A stretch of DNA of 32,000 bases from Candidatus Saccharimonadota bacterium (GTDB lineage Bacteria > Patescibacteriota > Saccharimonadia > Saccharimonadales > UBA4665). The notes beneath the pieces were generated by a model, which searched no databases, was not told where the DNA came from, and saw only the letters and a list, made by a program, of their open reading frames with translations. The stretch covers positions 780,001 through 812,000 of the forward strand of contig CP064992.1 in the NCBI GenBank assembly GCA_016699935.1. Direction: 5' to 3'. This document shows, piece after piece, positions 9,815 through 15,397 of the stretch; within the stretch, counting starts at the first letter, position 1; the number at the start of each line of letters is the position of its first letter. A program made the position numbers and the translations under genes.

Positions 9815-10108
9815 TCTCTTAATCGCCGTAGGAGCAGTATAAATGAAGGCTTGTGTACCTGTATGGTGATTTCTTCTTATGTTATAAAAAAGCCATGGTT
9901 TTACGAAACTTGTCGCGGGAGTGGAAGTGAGGCGGCGAGAAACCTTGGCCATCGCGAAGGGCGTCAAAGACTGACAACACCCCAGACCGGGAATGTCCGC
10001 ATGTTTCTCGATAGTTACATCGCGCCCGCAAAACTGTGTTTAGCGGCCTTCGGTATCTTTTTCGTTTCGTAACACCATCTTGACTCATGACTCTCGGTAG
10101 TTTTCCTG

Positions 10109-10114
10109 TATACT
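10109..10114 (+). promoter_or_regulatory. -10 box TATACT, 6 nt before ATG 10121 (leaderless start)
   Basis: The sequence reads cctgTATACTaccagtATG. A TG lies immediately upstream of the hexamer. The nearest TTGACT (10080-10085) is 23 nt away, so the -35 is unclear. Confidence 0.45.
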
Positions 10115-10120
10115 ACCAGT

Positions 10121-10789
10121 ATGAGCGAAGAACAAAAACAGGGGAATGGTAAAAAACCGTGGTGGGTAGGCCGGCCGAGGAAAAAGCCACAAACTCAAAC
10201 TATGCATCCACCGAAACCCAAAGGTAATTACGCATTTATAGATAGTCAGAATCTGAACCTTGGGGTGCAGAAGATTGGCTGGAAGATGGATTGGCACAAG
10301 TTTCGGGAGTGGCTGAGTGAGAAATATGGGGTGACGCAGGCCTACATGTTTATTGGCTATCTGCCAGATAACGAATCGCTCTACGAACAAATGTATGCTC
10401 ATGGTTTTTTGGTGGTACTAAAGCCGACCCTTGAGATCAAGCAACGCCCAGTGGCCAACGACCAACGAATGACAAACAATCAGCATGCAGCGGTGAACAC
10501 CGATAAGGAAACAGAGAAGCCGCCAGTAAAAGGAAATATTGACGCCGATCTGGTGCTATATGCCATGAAAGAGCTGCCGAACTACGATAAAGCAGTCATA
10601 GTTAGCGGTGACGGCGACTTCTTTAGTCTTATAGAGTATCTGCGTGACCAAAAAAGGCTGTTAAAAGTTCTGGCGCCGAATCGCCGATTTTCGACTCTGC
10701 TGCAGGAATTCGACGACTATATCGAGGGTATAGACCAGCATCGCAGTGAACTTTCGTACCATACCTACCACAAACCCAAAAAGAAATAG
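10121..10789 (+). CDS. NYN-domain (LabA/DUF88-like, PIN-related nuclease fold) protein
   Basis: NYAFIDSQNLNLG, GNIDADLVLYAM and VIVSGDGDFFSLIEYL match the conserved acidic motifs of the NYN domain. The N-terminal tail is basic. Confidence 0.75.
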   Translation: MSEEQKQGNGKKPWWVGRPRKKPQTQTMHPPKPKGNYAFIDSQNLNLGVQKIGWKMDWHKFREWLSEKYGVTQAYMFIGYLPDNESLYEQMYAHGFLVVLKPTLEIKQRPVANDQRMTNNQHAAVNTDKETEKPPVKGNIDADLVLYAMKELPNYDKAVIVSGDGDFFSLIEYLRDQKRLLKVLAPNRRFSTLLQEFDDYIEGIDQHRSELSYHTYHKPKKK

Positions 10790-10847
10790 ACTATTCTTCT
10801 AGTACATAGCACTTTCGACAGATGTGGAAGGTTTTTCGCCCTCAAAA

Positions 10848-10871
10848 TAAACTGTACGGCCGTACAGTTTA
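10848..10871. repeat. 24 nt palindrome family, copy 3: TAAACTGTACGGCCGTACAGTTTA (perfect)
   Basis: Perfect 24 nt palindrome, 58 nt after the NYN gene stop and about 40 nt upstream of the -10 of the MBL gene. Confidence 0.9.
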
Positions 10872-10910
10872 AAAATATATAGGGGTAATGGTGTGGTGGT
10901 AGAGGGGGTG

Positions 10911-10916
10911 TAGAAT
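10911..10916 (+). promoter_or_regulatory. -10 box TAGAAT, 6 nt before ATG 10923 (leaderless start)
   Basis: The sequence reads gggTGTAGAATagaagcATG. A TG lies directly upstream of the hexamer. Confidence 0.45.
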
Positions 10917-10922
10917 AGAAGC

Positions 10923-11555
10923 ATGAAGGTGAAAATAACGAAATACGGACACAGCTGTGTGTTGGTAGAGGGTGAGCAGCGGGGAAAGGCGCGGGTGGCG
11001 TTATTTGACCCGGGTGGGTGGAGCGATATACCAACTGAAACCATTGAGTGGTTAGACGATGTCTTTATTTCTCATATTCACGGCGATCACTGCGACCCAG
11101 AGAAACTACGGCAGATGGTCGCAAAGTTTCCAGATGTACGGATTACGGCGCCGACAGAGGTTGTTGAGGTGTTGAGGCAGCAGGGATTTACCCAGGCGGC
11201 AGGCATTATGCCCGAAGGAGCGGTTGCGTTTGTGAGTCCTCATGAAGAAGTGAGCCCATTTGGCGCGGTTGTACCAGAAGAGTTGGGTGTACATTTTCTT
11301 GGGGTCTACACACACCCAGGTGATTGTCACCAATTCGCGGCAACTATGCCCATCCTTGCCTTACCGATAGTGGCTCCATGGGGGTCGACGAGGCGGGCTT
11401 TAGAACTTGCTTTGGAGCTCAAGCCAAAGTATGCACTGCCGGTACATGACTGGTTTTTGAGCCCTGAAGCACGGGAGTGGACGTATGAGGGGATGGAATC
11501 TGTGCTTTCCAAGCAAGGTATAACTCTACTCAAACCAAAAATGGCATCCCGCTAG
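10923..11555 (+). CDS. MBL-fold metallo-hydrolase
   Basis: Intact 210 aa ORF with the HxHxDH motif ISHIHGDHCD and later His/Asp residues (YTHPGDCH, LPVHDW). Confidence 0.75.
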   Translation: MKVKITKYGHSCVLVEGEQRGKARVALFDPGGWSDIPTETIEWLDDVFISHIHGDHCDPEKLRQMVAKFPDVRITAPTEVVEVLRQQGFTQAAGIMPEGAVAFVSPHEEVSPFGAVVPEELGVHFLGVYTHPGDCHQFAATMPILALPIVAPWGSTRRALELALELKPKYALPVHDWFLSPEAREWTYEGMESVLSKQGITLLKPKMASR

Positions 11556-11608
11556 AAGTAGAGATCTCATAGTTTTGACTTTTAATGTGGTGTTTCGCCC
11601 ACAGGCGA

Positions 11609-11769
11609 CCTACTTTTCTTGCCGCAAGAAAAGTAGGCAAGAGCTCGGCACGCTTCCATCTTCGGTAGCTGTTGTGAGTAAATACAACGCGAAAACACTA
11701 ATTGGATACGCATTTTCGCTGAAGTTGTATTGTCCCACAACAGCTATGCCGGAAGAGTTCCAGAGTGCC
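11609..11769. ncRNA. candidate structured RNA / hairpin element (class unknown)
   Basis: A perfect 13 bp hairpin pairs CCTACTTTTCTTG (11609-11621) with CAAGAAAAGTAGG (11625-11637). A ~120 nt extended imperfect hairpin spans 11647-11769. Its pairings include AGCTGTTGTG 11667-11676 with CACAACAGCT 11736-11745, plus inner ATACAAC/GTTGTAT and GCGAAAA/TTTTCGC. The overlapping ORF 11575..11817 looks non-coding. Confidence 0.25.
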
Positions 11770-11929
11770 TGTCGTAGTTATATCCGCCCAGGGGCGGGAT
11801 TATCCATAGTGGCCTAACGGCCGCGCCTAAATACGAATTACCGTTTTGGGTTTTCACCTGGGACGGTAATGTAACAGGGTAGGTTTAACCCAGACCAGAT
11901 GGTGTGCAAAGGTGTATAAAAACATAGAG

Positions 11930-11958
11930 TTGACAATATGGTTATGTTTTGATATGAT
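11930..11958 (+). promoter_or_regulatory. strong sigma-70 promoter TTGACA-17-TATGAT (with TGn extension)
   Basis: TTGACA at 11930-11935 and TATGAT at 11953-11958, preceded by TGA. This is the nearest-to-consensus promoter in the window. Confidence 0.6.
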
Positions 11959-11985
11959 AGGGTAGTTCTGTAAAGAAATAAAAAT

Positions 11986-12237
11986 ATGACAACAAATAGA
12001 AAAAACAGCCAAAGCTGCGTATGCACCCTGCATTTCCATGTGGGGCTCTATGTAGCCATAGCCGCGCTGCTCATAACGGCGATGAAAACGAGCGAGGGCA
12101 TGATTGCCGCGGTCTATAATCAGAACAGCCATGGTGGTGGGGAAATGCTGCACAATACCCACATGCGAGAGGCCGAAACCCACATAGGTCACGCCCAACT
12201 AAGCTTCGCTCGCCTCACTCGCGTTAGTGGAACATGA
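11986..12237 (+). CDS. hypothetical small His-rich membrane protein (83 aa); coding status doubtful
   Basis: It is the first ATG after the 11930 promoter, with an A-rich leader and no SD. It has one hydrophobic segment (VGLYVAIAALLITAM). No homology recognised. Confidence 0.2.
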   Translation: MTTNRKNSQSCVCTLHFHVGLYVAIAALLITAMKTSEGMIAAVYNQNSHGGGEMLHNTHMREAETHIGHAQLSFARLTRVSGT

Positions 12238-12403
12238 ACTTGCTTTAAAGACAAATAAACATAAAAGGGATATAATTAAAACCAAGAAGTCACTCAGTGC
12301 CCGCCTAAAAGAAGACTGAGATAACGATGTTACGCGAACAGAAAGAATATTTCGCAGAGTAGTTACTCTTGTATGAGTCGTACTCGGAGCCGTAGTAATT
12401 GGT

Positions 12404-12667
12404 TTGACTTTAGTTGCTGACTTTATGCATTCCCGGCGCGTAAAAGAAGTTTTGACAGTTGACAGAGTTCAGCCTCATCGAGAAGTTACCCTTGGCTCTC
12501 TTGGAGATATTGACACTAACCTTGATACGCCGGATATTCCAATGAATACTCTGTGGGACGTAGCGAATGCCGCAAAGATTCCTGAGGTTAGTCCGGCAGA
12601 TGTCGTAACGATGCTTGCAGCACAGGTGCCTAAGGGAAAGAAAATGGGAGCATTGCCGGTTGGTTAG
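12404..12667 (+). CDS. hypothetical protein fragment; N-terminus apparently disrupted
   Basis: ORF 12404..12667 (TTG start). The same frame upstream reads sensibly but is interrupted by TGA at 12317 and 12374 (..RIFRRVVTLV*VVLGAVVIGLTLVADF..). It is followed by the terminator at 12758-12782. Confidence 0.3.
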   Translation: MTLVADFMHSRRVKEVLTVDRVQPHREVTLGSLGDIDTNLDTPDIPMNTLWDVANAAKIPEVSPADVVTMLAAQVPKGKKMGALPVG

Positions 12668-12757
12668 GTGTTTGTTTTACCGAATGCCGCACAAGTGGGG
12701 ACAAAAATTGATCCACGTAATCAGCAATAACTAATAAGCATAAGTGTCTGTGGGAAA

Positions 12758-12782
12758 GTGGTGTAAAAAGCACCACCTTTTT
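12758..12782 (+). terminator. intrinsic terminator GTGGTG-7-CACCAC plus T5
   Basis: aaaGTGGTGtaaaaagCACCACcttttt, 90 nt after the 12667 stop. Confidence 0.5.
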
Positions 12783-12800
12783 CGCATTATGTGTATTGTA

Positions 12801-12837
12801 GTGGGTGATGGTGGGTAGTACACTGTTGGAAGTGGGT
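12801..12837 (+). promoter_or_regulatory. three direct GTGGGT boxes: putative MraZ operator
   Basis: GTGGGT occurs at 12801-12806, 12811-12816 and 12832-12837. The spacings are 10 and 21 nt (helical phasing). The boxes lie about 125 nt upstream of the mraZ ATG. Confidence 0.5.
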
Positions 12838-12962
12838 AAAAGTAGGTAACCCGCTTCAAACAAAGGCGAACTACCTCTCAAGTCGCCAAAAGAATTCTCT
12901 CGTAGAACCTTTCGGCAATACATAAAAACAAAAAACTCACCGCACACTTAAAAAACAATCAT

Positions 12963-13331
12963 ATGACACAGGTGGATTACTTCCAACGCAAACTCGACGA
13001 TAAACGGCGGCTAACCATACCGACCGAACTTCGTGACACATTTGCAGGCGGAGCAGTCATCACCCGTGGATTTGGACAGTATCTGCACCTGTACCCGAAA
13101 GGGGTCTGGGATACGATGGTTGAGCCTCGGCTCGCTGGCGACATCCTAGATGAGCGCATCGCCGACCTAAACGCGCAATTTCGCATGGGCAAGGTCGAGC
13201 AATCACTCGATGGCAAACAGGGGCGGATTACACTAGAGCAGCACTTACTTGACTATGCCGGCATCAAGCGCGATGTCGCGGCGGTAAGTGTGGGCAATTA
13301 CTGGCGATTATTAGCGGTCGAACAGGCATAG
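12963..13331 (+). CDS. mraZ: transcriptional regulator MraZ
   Basis: Two SpoVT/AbrB-like half-domains are present (LDDKRRLTIPTELRD and LDGKQGRITLEQHLLDYAGI). It occupies the first position of the dcw cluster. The product is short (122 aa) but intact. Confidence 0.8.
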   Translation: MTQVDYFQRKLDDKRRLTIPTELRDTFAGGAVITRGFGQYLHLYPKGVWDTMVEPRLAGDILDERIADLNAQFRMGKVEQSLDGKQGRITLEQHLLDYAGIKRDVAAVSVGNYWRLLAVEQA

Positions 13332-13371
13332 TGCCCTGGGCGACAGATTGAAACCTTAACAATTAATGCGC

Positions 13372-13402
13372 ATGAATCATGAAGAATGAATCATGAATCA
13401 TG
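13372..13402. repeat. heptamer tandem repeat ATGAATC ATGAAGA ATGAATC ATGAATC ATG
   Basis: Read directly from the sequence, 41 nt after the mraZ stop. Confidence 0.85.
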
Positions 13403-13541
13403 CAAAAACGAAATAGTCTAACCTTCGTTGCGAAGAACCGTCTACGGACGGGGAAGAGCAGTCGGAGTCGGCGGATTTATTCCGCGACCCCGCACAATGA
13501 GAAACCCTGAAAGGGTGTCTCATTAACGCGAAGTGTTAGTG

Positions 13542-13864
13542 TCACCTATTCAGCAGTCAACCAGTGGATATGTATAAGGCACCACTGTATAAAAAAGCCT
13601 TCGTTCTTTCCATAAAACACCTCCCAAAACTCCACCTCACACATAAGTCTCTCACTTTGTTCTTGGGAAGTCGGAAGCATTACGAGATTTTTGAAATCTT
13701 ACTAAACTTTAAGCTTTCTTACATACGGACCAAGAACACCAACCCTCCTTCATTTCGCTCATTCCATCTATCTGGTTACAGACTGTTGGAAAGCGTAAAC
13801 TCCGGAGGGCAAAGCAAAAACAAAAACTAGATACAAAACAAAAAGTTGGCTGCTGAATAGGTGA
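13542..13864 (+). repeat. 20 nt inverted repeat / long-range helix enclosing ~280 nt (structured RNA or MITE-like element)
   Basis: TCACCTATTCAGCAGTCAAC (13542-13561) is complementary to GTTGGCTGCTGAATAGGTGA (13845-13864). The single non-Watson-Crick position is a T:G, i.e. a G-U wobble if transcribed from the + strand. Nested helices lie inside: TGTTCTTGG with CCAAGAACA, and CCCTCC with GGAGGG. Confidence 0.6.
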
Positions 13865-13987
13865 TAAAAGTCGGATTGTCGGGTAGACGGATAGTTCTTA
13901 AGGAGCATCTGGGTAACCGATACAACAAAAAACAAAAACATCACCAAAACAAATACAAAACATAAAAACAAAGTTGCGACATGCACT

Positions 13988-14860
13988 ATGCATCAGACAA
14001 TACACAAGCCCGTACTGCTCGGGACGGTGCTCACGTACCTTGCGCCAGAACGAGGGAATTCCTACCTCGACCTGACGGCGGGCTACGGCGGACACGCTCA
14101 GGCGGTATTGGAACGTACCCAGGCGCCATCACTGATGACGCTGGTCGATCGCGACGAGACTGCGGTGAACGCACTCACGTCGTTCGAGAGTCAGGGTGCA
14201 ACAGTATTGCATGCCAGTTTCGAAGAGGCCTCAGTCACACTGCTGAGTGGGGGCAAACGCTTCGATATGATACTGGCAGATTTGGGTGTATCGTCGCTGC
14301 ACCTTGACACGTCGTCTCGGGGCTTTGCGTTTCGCACGACCGGTCCGCTCGATATGCGGATGGATCAGCGCGCAGAGCTAACAGCGGCAACAGTGGTAAA
14401 TACGTATAACCAGGCTGAGCTAGAGGGCATTCTCCGTCGTTACGGCGAGGAGCCACGTGCTCGGACGATTGCGGCAGCTATAGTGAGTCATCGGCCATTT
14501 GCGACGACGACAGAGCTTGCAGAAGCAATTGCGAAGGTGATGCCGCGGGGGAGTAAAGTCCACCCGGCGACACGCAGCTTTCAGGCCATACGAATTGCGG
14601 TAAACGATGAGCTTGGACAGCTAGAACGCAGCCTGCCCATGTGGTTTCAACTCCTGAAACCAGGTGGTAGACTCGGCGTCATCAGCTTCCATAGTCTCGA
14701 GGATCGCATAGTCAAACAGGCATTCGCCGATATGACTGGCGACCGTTATGACGCTGACTACCACTTGTTGACCAAACATCCTGTCGTAGCCGACGACACT
14801 GAAACAGTTTCTAATCCGCGGGCACGGAGCGCCAAACTCCGCGTCTTGCAGCGAAAATAA
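13988..14860 (+). CDS. rsmH: 16S rRNA (cytosine1402-N4)-methyltransferase RsmH
   Basis: Intact 290 aa ORF with an HKPVLL start, the SAM motif DLTAGYGGH, DLGVSSLHLD and ISFHSLEDRIVKQAF. Confidence 0.9.
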   Translation: MHQTIHKPVLLGTVLTYLAPERGNSYLDLTAGYGGHAQAVLERTQAPSLMTLVDRDETAVNALTSFESQGATVLHASFEEASVTLLSGGKRFDMILADLGVSSLHLDTSSRGFAFRTTGPLDMRMDQRAELTAATVVNTYNQAELEGILRRYGEEPRARTIAAAIVSHRPFATTTELAEAIAKVMPRGSKVHPATRSFQAIRIAVNDELGQLERSLPMWFQLLKPGGRLGVISFHSLEDRIVKQAFADMTGDRYDADYHLLTKHPVVADDTETVSNPRARSAKLRVLQRK

Positions 14861-15031
14861 ACAAAAAAGAAAGGGAACTCGCAATGCCAATACGGGTAAA
14901 AAGTAGCTCCCGGACCTACAAAGTCCACGTCAAAGTGGGTCGGTAGGGGCACATGTCGGCGGAGCAAAACCGTTCCGCCGACAACTAAGTTTTAGCTCTT
15001 ATGAGCTTAAACAAACGAAAAAAACAAACAT

Positions 15032-15376
15032 ATGACATATTCATCAAGTCTGGCGCTTGGACGCCAACAACTCGCAGTACGCGGGCAAAATTCGGTCACG
15101 TTTCGTCCGGCAAGCAAACGGCTCGGGCCAGTTAGTAACACAATAGTGCTGATTGTCCTTGCATGTTTGCTTGGTCTCTTGTACCTGACACAGGTCACAA
15201 AAACCAATGCCTATGGTTATTCTATGAACAAGCTGCAGGTTGAGCAAACGTCGCTCCAGAACGAGCGCGATGATCTGGCGGCTGCTTCTGCACGTTTGCA
15301 ATCGCTCGATACAGTTAAGAATTCTTCTGAGGCAAAATCGCTTGTTGCGGTTGCCCCAAGTGGAACGGTAGAATAA
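15032..15376 (+). CDS. cell division protein FtsL/DivIC-like (single TM plus coiled coil)
   Basis: 114 aa with TM IVLIVLACLLGLLYL followed by the coiled-coil-like NKLQVEQTSLQNERDDLAAASARLQSL. It lies between rsmH and ftsI. Confidence 0.65.
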   Translation: MTYSSSLALGRQQLAVRGQNSVTFRPASKRLGPVSNTIVLIVLACLLGLLYLTQVTKTNAYGYSMNKLQVEQTSLQNERDDLAAASARLQSLDTVKNSSEAKSLVAVAPSGTVE

Positions 15377-15395
15377 ACGGTACGGCCGAATACAG
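15374..15395. repeat. palindrome family, copy 4 (degenerate): TAAACGGTACGGCCGAATACAG
   Basis: It overlaps the TAA stop of the ftsL-like gene. The left arm is identical to copy 1 and the right arm is degraded. Confidence 0.7.
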
Positions 15396-15397
15396 CA

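Noticed and set aside
12317-12376. TGA reassigned as a sense codon (code 4/25-type recoding), suggested by two in-frame TGAs and by many ORFs that appear to stop early.
   Set aside because: Long intact genes (helicase 505 aa, surface protein 619 aa, topA N-part 492 aa, rsmH, dprA) contain no in-frame TGA at all. The broken genes continue in a different frame, not through the stop. Three ORFs (7026..7256, 28985..29524 and the fragment at 29873) end at TGA. Standard code 11 fits.
13372-13402. CRISPR-like array.
   Set aside because: The repeats are contiguous 7 nt units without spacers. The window has no 24-40 nt direct repeats with unique spacers and no cas genes. The Cas2-like fold in the PaaX-family protein is a regulator domain.
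13564-13830. 88 aa ORF inside the inverted-repeat-flanked segment, considered as a possible transposase or recombinase remnant.
   Set aside because: It has no recognisable catalytic motifs (no DDE, Ser or Tyr recombinase signatures), a Lys/Leu/Ser-rich AT-driven composition, and no SD.
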